NCBI GenBank assembly: GCA_036172245.1
Contig: JAYWIR010000005.1
Location: 3,658,001 to 3,722,000 of the forward strand
Length of the DNA stretch: 64,000 nucleotides
Direction: 5' to 3'
DNA from: Raillietiella orientalis
Taxonomy: Eukaryota
Positions 50,950 to 64,000 of this stretch are shown here, in pieces (the stretch's first letter is position 1; each line of letters begins with the position of its first letter). The notes beneath the pieces were generated by a model. The model was not told where the DNA came from and searched no databases. It worked only from the letters and a program-made list of their open reading frames with translations. A program made the translations under genes and the position numbers.

Positions 50950-53400
50950 ACATACAGGTGTAGGGTTATCGGGTCCTAAAACATCTGAAAATGTTCGGAA
51001 CCTGCCGAGTAACCGGTACGCAGACCGGCGAGCTTCACCCCGGCAGCGGAGGAGGAAAGGGCAAACAAAATTAAAAACAATAAAATATATACAAAAAAAT
51101 TGGGAGGGTTGGGGAATGGATCACTGATCGCAGGAGGACGTCTTCTGCATCCTTTCCAGGAGGCCGGCAAGTTCCATCCGAGTATGTCGCAGGTGGGACC
51201 ATTTTGCTGCCTTCCACAGGAAGCGTAGGGAGAAGCTAATGGCAACCCTATTGTGACGTTCTCCTCTCACGTAGCTCCAGACCGGCACAATCCCGCTTAG
51301 GCAGCAAAGAGCTGCTGGGGATGCGGTAGGCGACTGGGCATCACGCGCGAAAAGGAGCTTCATCACGTCCCAGGGATTGTCCATCGGTGCAAGGACAGTT
51401 AAGTAACGCAGAAACAGGGGCCGGAGGGAAACAGTCTACAAGCAGGTGCAGGAGGGATTCTCGTTCTCCACACCTGCAGCAGTTTGGGTCCACAGCCCCC
51501 TATTTTCAGTGAGATCGGCGGGCGTTGCTGGAGAGGCTCCAGTGCAACACCAGAAATGCCGATTCCTACCGCTTCAGGGGGAGAGTCCGGTTGTTCTTCG
51601 GCTCTGGAGGCCACTCGAGGTCTCCCTGTGGGATTCCCGGCAGCTCACCTCAGAGCAATAGTCCTTTCGGTGGGATACTTGGGATCGCAGCGTCCGTGAG
51701 CAGGTCCGTGGTCCAACCGCCTAGTTCCCTCGTCTTCTGACTGATTTCGCAACTGACCTCCTATTTGGCAGACTGGTTACTGTCAAGGTGCTCAGGAGGG
51801 GATCTATTTGGCTGAGGGAGGGTACTGCCGCAGGTAGAGAGGGCCTGGAGAAGAGTTCCGCCCATGCACACGTGGTGGGCTGCACGATGACGTCCTGCAG
51901 CGAGCGGTTATTGTAGGAGTGCATCAGCCACTGCCGCATATGTGGGCTTGTTTCATTGTTCTTGGTCCAGACATCACCGTTTGCGGAACGGCAGAAGATC
52001 CAGTTGTTGGTCCTAATCAGCTTGACCACTCTACAAAGCTTCAGTCCGCAGCTGGACACGTTGATCCTGCGTTGCTGCTCTAGGAACGAAATCCCGCGTT
52101 GCCGGTGGCTCGCTTGACCAAGTATCGTGCGGGCTCGCACCAGTTCGTGCTCCGAAGCTTCGCCACTAGGACAAGTATGTTCCACTGAAGCTGCCGCTCC
52201 AGGCGCTCCAGGTCATCAGGAGGTCGAGACCGCCGTCGCGACGCGGAGCGATAAAGTCCTTCAGGCGGACTTGGTGCCTCCCTGTGGCCCTGATAGCAAT
52301 TCTGAGGAAGTCCTTCGTCCACATTTTAATGCTATTCGGTGGAAACACACAAAAATCAAAGGACGGAGAAGCAAGTTTCTCTTGCCGTGCCAGCAAGAGA
52401 AACTTGCCATCCTCTGCTTTCTGGGACTGGAACGAGCCGATCGCCAACTCTGCTTTCTGGAGGCAGCTAGACCCGCCTCCGACGGGGAATATGATCTTGT
52501 TGATGAGCACCTTTGACAGCGTAGGGAGTGATCATTCGATGCAGCATCCACTCGTTCTGATTTGAGTATGTGTTCATCTTGATCTCAAGGATCCACAATC
52601 CGAGACGGAGATTGCGCGGTGTCAGTAGTAACGCTGCGATGCGCACGTCGGCAGCATGTTTGTGAACCATTTCTCAAGTAATACTCATAAAGAGAAAGAT
52701 ACGAGTAATAATGCCTCCAGCCATGGTTCTTTCAAGTGGCGAAACCATACAAACAGAGGACCTAGCGGAAGAAGAATTATTCTCTCAAACAAGGTAATCA
52801 AAGGAGGCAATGCAGCCGTACTCCCAAGACTTGGAAACGAAAAGAATCCAAGCGGTCAGTAGTTACGATGGGATCCCGTTTTATTCAGGAAGGAGTTGTC
52901 CTGAGAACTCCCGAGCACTGAAAATGGGGAAATGGTGTACAGCATGGCAAGCGACCGATTCGTGTTGCCAAGCACACCGACTTGAAAGGTAGCAGTTTGA
53001 ATTTTCATTCATCCCTCGACTCCTCGAAAAAGAAAAGAAAGACCCGCCAAAAGGGGTGAGCAGAAGAGAATTCTGTGCAGCGAAATTGAGTGAGTTCGCT
53101 TTCAACTGATATTCAAGCGAATGACCTCAATTCCTCATGGATTTGCATCTCTTGATAGAAATCCCGAGTCAGGAGAAATGGAAAGCAGTGAAGACGGAAA
53201 ACCTTGGTAAGAGAAGATACAAGGATGAAAGAACTAAGAAGAAGTGTAGGAGGCCTTCATTTACCTTAGAAGACTGAAAGAATTAATGATTGACATTACT
53301 AGAAAATAAACCATTATCCAATGTCATCCGTAAAAGAATTCTCTACTTCGTCTATTCAAGATGGTCTCATAACAAAATGATTCCAACTGCATCATGAGAT
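50950..53400 (-). mobile_element. Second, more decayed member of the same L1/Tx1-like family (copy J)
   Basis: Direct homology to copy I: SCLQKAELAIGSF vs GCLQKVETAIGPF; TKDFLRIAIRATGRHQVRLKDFIAPRRDGGL vs TKDLLRIALWGNGRAQVRLRDLCALRRDGGL; ELAGLLERMQ vs ELAGILQRMQ. Equivalent stop (51121-51123) and a similar 3' UTR. KSMRN and EVENSFTDDI remnants extend to ~53360. Confidence 0.9.
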
Positions 53401-56400
53401 ATTCATTTCTATCCGTGAATCAGTTTTCAAACCAGATTGGCGAGGGACTTTGTTCCTAACAACCGAAACTTCCATTTCGAATCTCAGAAACGGAAGTGCA
53501 CCAAATTGAGAAACGAAACAAACAAAAGTGAAGATTGTACGTTCTGAAAGTACCTTTTCTTCGGGGTCCCAAAGCTCTCAGCCGTTAGAACTGGTAGGAA
53601 GATTTAAGGAGAGATTGAAAGATTCCAGCTGGAGATGATAGTGACAATAACATTAAGCACGTGACTACTAAGCAGCATGACCAACGCATTTCTTCTGATC
53701 TCGCCATGAAATGGATGATAATGTAGATAGCGACAGTTTCTACATAAGCAATCTATAGTGCAATGGCCTTGCAGGCATGAGCACGGGTAAAAAACGATTC
53801 TGGTACTTTTCTAATGGCTTAAGAAGAAATATCAATAATCAGTTCTGCAAATAAAGTTCACGAAGACACTGTTTTTAGAGAATTATTGATCCATATAACT
53901 AGCTATTTTTCTTTAAATGGCATTTCCTGGGATTTCAGTGCTTACCTTCGATTACTATAATGCACACATACATGTATACAAAATCATGTTACTTATCTAA
54001 TTAAAGTTCTTCTGTGGGGCATACCGAAACGATGAACATGAACATTTTGTTTTATGGGACAAAACGTCTTGCTCATTCAAGGACATCTTGTGTAGTGTAA
54101 ATATATGTTTCTGAAATTTGTTTAAAAAATCTCTCAATTTTAGCTGTAAACGAAATATTTTGCATATTAATAATAACATTACATGTTTTTCATCTAGGAA
54201 ATGTGATCTGGTGAAGAGTTTCTACCATTATTTGGAACCAGCTTTCCATTAAACCCAGTATGAGAGAGGACAATCAAGCATACTCAAGCACAAAAAAGAA
54301 AAAATCTTTGAAAGAAAATTCCGATGTTAGCAAAATCTTTAGTTACAGAATAACTCAATGTTACTTTATATGGAGCATGATATTTAAGCACATACTTTTT
54401 ACCTCCATGATGATCACTCTAAATCGATGTTATCATTGGTTTTATTTTTATTCAGTCTGATATCTTTTTCTTTCATAGAAAAAGTCGGGAACTCCAACTT
54501 CAGTTTTGCTGTCTTCTGTTTAGAGTATTGGACGACTTTTAATATTTTATTTCTTAAAGTATTTGCGTGGATTGTTCTTTTAGTTTTTTTTTTCTTTTTG
54601 GACGAAAACTAGAACGATTGATGTGCCGTTTTTTTTTCCTACCCTAGATTCCTCTAGCAATAAGTCAAATAGAATAGATAAGTAATAGTAGGATACATTC
54701 ATGAACACAACCGAGTCAGCCATCTTCCTACACCTTAATCCACTGATTAAAGTTGTTTGGAAACAAGGATCGGATTAGGTATGGGTAGGGGTCTTCAAGT
54801 AGGGGTCTTCGATATGGGTCTTCAAGCTCTTTTTAGTACTGAGGCATATTAGGATGAAACACCAGCCAAACTGATGTGATCTGCAGTGATGAAGCGGTGA
54901 AGGTCTTCTAGCACACAGACTATTCTGAACAGTCCACTGACTTTTGAAGATCATATCTGGCTATTAATAATTAGTATTCGAGGAAACTATAGTAAATGCA
55001 CGAAATGATTACTGCATTTCGTTTCATGAAACACTAATCGCATATTGCTTTCTAGCAAACGCTCATTCCAAATGTCTTATCTAAATAATGGACAATTTTC
55101 CATGCTTCAGTTGTTTTGAAGCATGGAAATGGCATCTTCCATGTTCTACAAGAAACAGCTTGCTTTTAACGAGATCTGTTTGCAGTTGAATGAATGAAAT
55201 TGAATGAAATTACTCAGTAGTATGCTGTTGCTATAGCATTGAATGAACTCTAGTGTTTTCCAGTGAATTGAATAATGACACAGAGTGCCAAATTCTTTAT
55301 CATCACTTTCCAGACCGCACATAACATGGTTAGGGCTGCTCGGAATTTTTTTGCTTAGAAAATGCTTCTGATAATAGCACCTTTCATGGATATTGAATGT
55401 GTGAACTGCATCGGATATTTGGCCGCTCTTTTACGAAAGTGATTTTGTGCAGCGACCGAGAAGTACTTTAGACGGTTTCCTTCACAGAGGGAGGGGAGGG
55501 GGGGAGGGGGAGAAAATGGAAATTTGACAGTAAAATCGATCAACTCCACAAACCGAATGTACACGCAGCTTAATTTACCATTGCTCTCTTCACCCCCAGC
55601 CAACGGAAGGAATCCAAGTTTAGATGTTCCCCGAAGGCTTGTCTTGGCTATGCGTTCCGTCACGAAGCGGTGCGCATTTTCGGTTGTTTATGATTGGCAA
55701 GCCTTTTGTACATAGCACAAAGTGCTCAAAGACTATAATACAAGTTTTATGCATTATTTCATATGGAGAATGAATTAATGCATGCATAAGAATTATTATA
55801 TCTTTGTACATACATTTTTATATCCTTGTCAAATGACTTATTCATATTCTTAAATTTGTAATTATTATCTGTAATACCTTTTGTTTTATACTGAATGATT
55901 TTATATTCCCGAGTTGTAGGAGATGACCTTAAAAAATGACCTTAAAAAAGTACTATGCAAGGAGTGAACCAAGACACGCATGATATTGAGCCCGCGATTA
56001 AACGAAATTAATACACAGCCATTTCTCGTTTGTATGTTAAAGCTTATTTGTTATAGATATGTGCTATGTGTTTGCTTCAATGGCTATTCATACTGTAAAA
56101 TTGGTTTCCTAGGATTTTGTTTTTGAGCATTCAGGTGAATTACCGTTGATATGTACATGCAATTAACACATTCATCTAAACGTTTCCTGCAAGAATGATC
56201 GTTAAAGTAACCTACTTAGAAAACCAAAGTGAAATGTTCTCGCAGAAACGTTACGAAATACATACACACGCACAAGCGAATCCATCAAAACTAAAAATTG
56301 TAAATACTGCATGAAAGCCATGAGACTACAACTTTCCTTTTATGTTTCATTCAAGTACTGCTGCTTTCTTCACTCCTGCTTCTTATGCACACATTCTATG

Positions 56401-56702
56401 CGTACGTACAAAATGTTTGCTTAAATTATTGTATACGTGATGAAAATCTTTAAACTTAACCTGAATCATAACAATTTTTCTTAGATAAGGAACTAAAATA
56501 AATGTTCTTCTTGCCAGTGCATTGATTTAGCTTAAGCAAACATGTTTACTGATATTTCAAACTGTAAAAACTGGTATTTGGATTTGTTTTAGTTATGCAT
56601 GTTCACTGAAGCCACATATCACTTCCTCTCAACAGAGGCTTGATAAGCGTTCAGAATGCAAGGATTGATTTAAACATATGAACAATTTCTTGTAATGGAA
56701 TA

Positions 56703-58377
56703 ATGGGACCCGTATTATCCAGACTTAGGGTAGATAAGTATAATAAATCATAATCAGGAATAGAATTATGCACTTGAACTTTTGATATGCTTTAAGGGGA
56801 ATAATATTTACAAGTAAATACAATGAAAACATATTGTGTAATGTATTTCTCCACTTGTAGATACCCCTCTTTCATGAAAAATAATTATTTTCCATTCCTG
56901 TTTTTTCTCTTTTCCTCTCATTCACATACTACGGAGTTTTAAAATCAGTATAAATAAATTCAGTTTCCTTTCATTTTAGAAAAAAATTTCTATAGAAGAC
57001 AAATTGGAGGAAATTGAAAATGTAAGGAAGGGTGGGAAAGAAAATGGAATTTTTTTCAGGAAGTTCAACGAATTTGGGAACTTCGTTACATTGCACAAGA
57101 AGATGAAAGATCTGCAGCCTTGAAATTAACAGGTCTTTTTGTTTTAATATCAGTCTCTGTTGGGGCAGCAGCTTATTATCATTACTTTCCTATTCAATCC
57201 TTTCAACAAATAATATGGATATTTTATTTTACCCTCAGTCTCATTTTGTAAGTTGCTCTGTATTTGAATCCATTTTGATAGAATGCTTATTCCTAGATTG
57301 TGGTTGTTACGAATGGCCTTGTCTTTTTATTATCGTTGGTCAATGCAGAGTACTGACAACAAACTTAGACGTTTGCTAGCAGAGAAACGGCGTCTTTTGG
57401 AACAGGTGAAGGATACCCAAACATATAAGAAAGCACATGCTATTCTGGAAAGATTTGCTCCTGAGCAACTTGAGCCTATTTCCAAAGTAAATAGGTTATC
57501 TTCTCACTTATACCAACTGGAGTCAAAATTGAAACCAATACCTTCAAACGTTCCTGTTCTTCCTTCAACTCCAACCAATGTATCTGATGTGAAAGCTAAT
57601 AAGCCTTTGTTTTCATCTTCTCATAAAACATTATCTTCTGTATGTAATCCAGAAATTCAACCTTTATTATTAAAACGGCCATTGCTACCTCGGCCCATTT
57701 TACCATGTAAACGAAGCTCCCTAGATAGAATAGTGGAATACATTGTAGGTGATGGACCCAATAACAGATATGCACTTATCTGTTCCCGGTGTTGTTCCCA
57801 TAATGGAATGGCTCTGAAAGAGGAATACGAATTTTTGTCATATCGATGCTGTTACTGTGGCTATTTCAATCCTGCAAAAAAAGAACGCCCTCAAGCTCAA
57901 CTAGCCTTGTCTTACACAGTTTCCGAAAATACACAGTCAGAATATAGGACTTTAGCACCTAAAATCACTGAGCATTCAGTGTATACAAGTGAATCCAACA
58001 TGGAAATACCTGTACCTTTGGCTACGCAGACTGTGATTTCTGATCAGTTAAGCATTGAGGAAATTAATGTAGATGAACATATTCAATCTTCTGAAATATC
58101 ACAACAGGATAGTTCAATAGATATAAAACAAGTGCCTAAAGTAGAGGGTAATGACTATTCACCTTCAGAAAATGTGACAGAAGGTTCTGTGCACAATAGC
58201 TGTGAAGTGCCTTTCAGAAAAGTATCTTGTGATGAAGTGGATTTACTGCAGAGTAGCATGAATTCAAATGCTTTATTGGAAGAGACAGGTGAGGAACTGG
58301 AAATTCATGACAGTGAGTCACCTCCAATAGAAGATGTAGTTGCAAATAATAAGTCTGAAGATCAAGCAGATAATTAA
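56703..58377 (+). CDS. LNPK: Endoplasmic reticulum junction formation protein lunapark, about 445-450 aa
   Basis: Exons 56703-56729 (MGPVLSRLR), 56980-57021, 57060-57247 (two hydrophobic segments) and 57282 or 57297 to 58377. Contains the coiled coil LLEQVKDTQTYKKAHAILERF, then PRPILP, LDRIVEYIVGDGPNNRYALICSRCCSHNGMALKEE and YRCCYCGYFNPAKK (zinc finger plus LNPARK-type motif). Confidence 0.95.
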
Positions 58378-59049
58378 ATGAACAGGATGAAACTCCTATA
58401 TTTTGATTTGGCCTTATATCCGGGGATTTCTAGATTATTACATATAAATTGTTGCAACATATTTTGAATTTGCATCTGTCCAGTTCAGAAATAACTATGT
58501 TTTGAAATAAATGGTTTCTTGTTACATATTGTTGAATTCATGGTTTATGCAATTAATGACCTTATAAGTATGGTAGAATGTTTTTTATAAACAGTAAAAC
58601 GAGAGATGCTTTTTGGACTTTAAAAAAAGCCATTCCCGTTGCTAAAAAAGACAAAACACGGTATAGATCTCCGTCTTCAAGTTTTAAAACATAGCATATC
58701 TATTTTTGGCCTTGGCTGCGTGTGTGCCTAGGCATGATCGAAACATACTATTTTGGTACATATCTGTTCAACATTATTCAAATTAAATAGTAGAGCGAAC
58801 GCAATTCAAGACCAAAGGATGCTTTAACTCTGAAAGCGAAATTAAGTTCAAAATAAGAAATATTAACAAACTTACTACGAAAACAAAGAAAAGAATACTC
58901 GTGGACGTTTAAATATAATTAATCATTCGACCATCGACTTGAATGAAGCAAGACAAAAAAAAATACTGCTGTCTACCAGACTAAATTGTTTCCATAATCT
59001 GTAAAAGATTACGTGTTTGTCTGAAAACATGAGTCCATGAATACCGAAG

Positions 59050-62000
59050 AACTTTATTTTTACAAGTGCATCACAATTTACAATTTATTGACTGTTTCCT
59101 TTGTAATGATTTTCTTCCTGGCATAACATTTTCTCAATAGAGTTCTCGGAAAGATCCACTTAGACTTAAGCAACAAAAGAGTACGCTTTTATTGCTGCTA
59201 AACGATCTTTACAAAAAGTGCTTTCCTCCACTTCATTTTAAACTTGAAAAAATATTCATTTTTTCTTTAAAATGAACGGATGAAAAGTTTCCACTGTTGT
59301 TCCACACTACGGTCCTCTTTTAGGGCAAACAGAAAAATGAGGAGCAGAAATTCCTGTTGCAAAAAACTACCATGGTTCCAGATAATCTTGTGGATCGCCC
59401 CTTTTTCAGGAGAAATGTATCATGAAATACGAATCTTCGCAGAATTTCCATTTCCTCTTCCTCTGAATAGATATTTTAAAAAAATCTGTCTTGCTTGGAA
59501 GATTCCTTCTGAGCAAACGTTTAAATAGCTTGATGTCTTCCTTCATACAAAAGAATTCAACATATTCATAGAAATAGTTTTCACTGTTACAACTATCATT
59601 ATATACTGTTTCCTAGATTTTCTTCACGAAGTTAAAGATTATTGATTCGAATTTATCCACGTTTAACGACTTAAGGTTGATTTTCCAAAAAACAAATATT
59701 AATGATAATTTCTCGACTAGGAGGAAGAGAAAACAAAGTATGACAAATTATTCCTAAACTTCGGATTAGAATTAAATTTTTTCTCTAGGAGGAATTATGA
59801 AAGACTACTGCTTGTTGTAAAGAAGTAATTCTGATGTTAAAAGAAGGAAATGAAATCACCACCGAGCTTTCCTCTGGGAATTTACCTTATTCGATGTCAG
59901 CAATCAGCCAAAAGTTGCAATTTAACTTATTTTTTCATATTACGAATGCATCAAAGGAAAAGAATCGCAAGATTCTGGAGTGTTTGTCGTAGAAAGGCGT
60001 GCACACTGCTTGTTAGAAAGCATCAGTAAAGTTGCTTCCCACTGGGATTTGAAGAGCTCAAAAGACGGGAAAAAAAACAGCAAGAAGGTAAGTTTTGCAT
60101 CTGCAGTCGTGACTTGAAAGATGTACTTTAAGCAGTCTCTGGATAACCGGATAGACGAAAAACAAACGCTGTTTTCATGAGGATGAAAGTGGTTTCCTGA
60201 AATTTCCGAAGAAAAGCACTATTCTAAAAAAATATTTGAGGACAAAGAACATATAATACATTTAACAAATTAAAGAGAATCTCTGCATATTCTCATCTTG
60301 AGGGATGAAAACAAGACACATTTTTATGGCTGCGAAAAATCTGTATGGGTGAAGCATTCCATTCCATCTATTTGCGACAATCGATGAAATGAAATCCCGT
60401 AGAAAAACATTGCAAAAGAAACGTGGATTGGATTTTATTTCCTTTTTAACAATTCTCCTATTGAAAAAAGAAAGGGAAGAAACAATAGAAGAACAGAAGG
60501 AAATACTCAAAGAAAAAAACAAAGGAAAGCAATAGAACTAAGAAGAGATGGAATGAAAAGTAATTGGAGGAGAGATACTCGTATTCAACAGCTTGGGCTT
60601 TCAGATCGGTAATAAATGAGGAGGTCAGAAATATTAAGGCATTCTTCCTTTCTACAATACAGAAATTAAGAAAAGCATTCATAAAATGAAACCACTCTTT
60701 TATGAATCTGCAGAAGTAAACATAGTTTAAGTTTTCTGGAGTTTTGATATAAAAAACGCTCATGCTCCAATCAAAATGGGAAGATTGAGTTATAATAATT
60801 TTGTGATCCTGGGCAAAACTGAAATCTGTCCTTGGTCAATGAGAAATTAGATAAACGCATTCAGGCTCATCCTGGGAAGATGTAAACCCCAAGCTGATAG
60901 CTCTGAAGGGGCATAATGTGTTGAGGAAAGAATTAAATCAGACCCATCAGAAACGAAATCTAGAAGAAATTCAACAAAATAACTGAAATTGCTTCATCTT
61001 GTATCAAAAGCAGAGGAATACGAACCAGAATGTTTATATGTTTTTGAGAAACAAAAATCTTCAGCCTCAATTTCAAATAGACACCAGCACACTGTCTTTA
61101 GATCTACCTATGGCTTCTCATCATTGAACAACTAGAGATTAAATATCGAGTAATGGATTTGTAGCACTTCTTAAGTAGAAAGAAAGAGCTGCAAGGAGAC
61201 GAACAAGAAACATTTAAGAGGAATCCTGCTTTCACCATTCCGATTATTATTTACAGACAAGTAACATCCGGAATGACAAAAGTAGGATTGCTGAGGGCAT
61301 ACTCCAGAAAAGAGAGAATGATGAATGCACCCACAATGAATCAAATATGCTGAATGTTTGCGTCTCCAACCTTTTTATCGTGTGCTGATCCTAGAACCAT
61401 CCGCAAAGTGAACAGAATCAATAGCATTTCATCATTACTCAGCAGCGTTCTTTTATTCGGATGTATATTTTAGTACGGATTTCCTTGTAATCAATGATTA
61501 ATGAGGAACGAATCTGAAAAAGAACTAAGCGCCCTCAAGTAAGAATCTAAGAATCACGTTTTGGATTCCGATCTTCCATTCTGGCTCCGGTAATTAAGGT
61601 AAAGGAGTAAAGTTCAAAAGTTTAGATGCCGTTTTCTGAACAGTTTTCCATCGAGACATGCTCCGCCACTTTTGTTCTTGGGAATGTAATAAGGAACATT
61701 GGAAATATTGCATTTCTTGAAGATTATTTCCATTTTGGTTTCTTCTGTTATGGCTATGAGCCGGGTTTTCCTCACTCAAGAGGTATTGTGATATGGTTAC
61801 TCAACTTACAGATATTTTATTTTAGAGTAGTTGTGATCCTCATTCTCAGTTGAAATCACTTTTGTTCTTCCTTCAAAGGGAAACAAAAACCTGCATCTTG
61901 GATTAATCTGCACCTTGACTTGATCGAATTGAATAGCTATATTGGAGTATCAATAATTTAATAATTTTGTCTCTTTGCATGCTTCGAGTTGCTGCTTTTT
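59050..62000 (-). mobile_element. Heavily decayed, AT-rich L1/Tx1-like element with ORF1, endonuclease and RT remnants (relic K)
   Basis: Cys remnants GVCPQQSYFCHSGC..KCFLF (~61200-61320), NVFLRDFIS (GDFN), SRDCLKYIF, KESSKQDRFF (K.PG.DG), FLLKKGDPQD (LLPKKGD), and VDLSENSI (D..KAFD position), colinear and full of stops. Confidence 0.55.
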
Positions 62001-64000
62001 AAAGAAGAAACATTAAGCGCCATACCAAGAAAAGACTTATACACTAAAAGCATTACATAATCAATGGTCTTAAAGTTACTCGGCAAGCACAGTGCTCCAA
62101 AAGGCTTTGGTGAAAGCGGTTTTTCTGTCATGAAAATGCCTATCTTACGTGACTTTTTTGCACTGTGCTCTTCCTTGAATTGTACACTGAGGGAAGAGCT
62201 AAGCGCAGGGCTGCCACTTTTGTGCTTGCACACTTCCTTTATTCTTGCATTGCAATGCAGCATGATGTGATTACCATTGTATCTTTTATTGATTCACTTT
62301 TATTCTGGCTATGTTTTATTGGCATTTATTTTCATGTAAATCTCTTCAAGGTCACAATGGGAAAGGAACAAATTACTGAAAATTAGAAATAGAAAATTAG
62401 ACAATAGTTCACCATACTATCTACCATGATCTCTTTGAATGGAGTTATGGTGAAAACACGGAGATCTGTCTGCTCCCTATTTTAGTATTTAAAATTATTA
62501 AAATTCTTCCCATTGGTTGAAAAACACGAATAGGACTTTTTAAAATCTTACACACATGCGTATATGGAAAGACTAAAAGGAACTTTTTAAAAGGACTCTT
62601 AAAAAGTTCAGCTCAGCCTGGTGTCGAAAAATTGAAGGCTGACCATAGGCTAAATTTTGTGGCATGACATTTTGATAACTTGACGATGCATTTGAAATTT
62701 CCTATGAAAGTTTAGAGGAAAGTTTCAAATATTGTCTGCACAATAAATTGAAACAATTCCTTTTTTTGATATATGTAGCATGATACACAGTTACTGGATA
62801 CCTCAAAATGCTTCGGATGTTTGCTTTGTTTTCTCATATAATCATAGCTTTAGAGCTTTGAAATTCTTTTTTTCGTAACTTTGTAAGCTGATAAGTAAAT
62901 ATTGCTGTTGACTTTGATTCATCTAAACCATAAGAGGGATGACGATACAATCAACCATAAATAAGATAATAAAATTCATACTTATCTTTCTGTTTTTTTT
63001 CCCCTTCATGCTTGCTGTTAAAAATACATAGTTCTGTAAAAGAAAAAAAGAAATACTTTATGTAATCAGTTCCCAATATGATCTTTGATTTCACTGGAGA
63101 CTTTTGACTAAGTATGTAAAACGAAAAATTTTTGCTATAATACGTATTCTACCATTTGAATAATAGTTTGTTCTAAACTTATTAAAACCGTGCACTAACT
63201 CTGCTAACTTTTCAATTTTTCTTTACATTCAAATGAACTTGGATCTTTCTGATTTTCGTTCCCTTCCTAGATATGCATTCATCGGCAACCGCCATCATGC
63301 GTTGAAATGCACAACAGCAAGCTTTTTGACCATTTTTGACCATTCGTTTATCGAATTCGATGGATGCAGGGATTATCTGTGAAGGATTATTCATCCACTT
63401 GATTAGGAGCTATCCTGAGTTCATTTGTTTCGTCGTTTCTCTTGGGAACAGTGTCAGACCGTTATTTTCCACAGTTTCAAATAACCAAGGCGCCTAGATG
63501 AAATTTGTAATTACATGTTCGTATGAACTGTGCTAAGTGCATGCTTTACTTTGCAGAATTGGAACAGTTTCTAATTCATTGGAAATTGCATGCACTCAAA
63601 TGCTGACACAAAATCGCAGTTTGAGTCGTAATCCTGTTATCTATCAAACAAATGTTCGGCACACTACATATCTTGTTTACTTGGGAAGACTGGAATCTTT
63701 TTTTCTTTTTTTTCCTATTTAAGTACTTCAGAAACCAAGAGTATTACATTCTCTCGATATGAAACACCACATGTTTCCGCTTCAGAGTGGGTTCTACTTC
63801 CTGTGACAGCACCCAGATACGATTGTAGTTTGAACAGGACTGCAGAAATCCGCTGAATTTATGACACATCGCAGTGTAATGAGACTTATCTGAATAGAAT
63901 CGTGTTCACTTTTGCAAAAGAAGCCTTCTCTTTGGCAGCAGAACAGTACAGCGCAAGTGTAGGCGTGATATAATTTTCAGGTTTCCTTTAGAAATGCTGA

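Noticed and set aside
55951..56020. tRNA-like 70-mer on the minus strand (acceptor-like ends, GGTTCACTCC, following T run)
   Set aside because: The anticodon and T stems do not pair properly and the A box is poor. At most a decayed tRNA/SINE remnant; tRNAscan-SE would decide.
59000..64000. A fourth host gene on the minus strand
   Set aside because: Frames are full of stops, and recognisable remnants in 59-62 kb fit an L1-like relic. Nothing identifiable in 62-64 kb.

Overview
Eukaryotic (animal, most likely arthropod) genomic DNA. It carries three spliced + strand genes: a GATAD1-like gene (~1854-4603), a four-domain fasciclin-1 gene (35370-45244, 11 exons, 668 aa by my splicing) and lunapark (56703-58377). 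Much of the remaining sequence is a graveyard of about eleven L1/Tx1-like non-LTR retrotransposon copies in different states of decay. Only one copy (46370-50200, minus) keeps a long RT frame. The window has a strong compositional architecture: AT-rich, CpG-poor flanks hold the two housekeeping-type genes, and a ~35-kb GC- and CpG-rich core holds Fas1. Dead retroelement copies take on the composition of the compartment they sit in, even within a single copy. Other points: a conserved 3'-UTR stem-loop shared by two element copies, a 34-bp minisatellite with trimeric higher-order structure in an ORF1 relic, a 65-bp inverted-repeat insertion, an AT-only palindromic island, and a candidate 9-nt Fas1 micro-exon. 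All calls come from reading the sequence by eye. No database searches were run, and relic boundaries are approximate.
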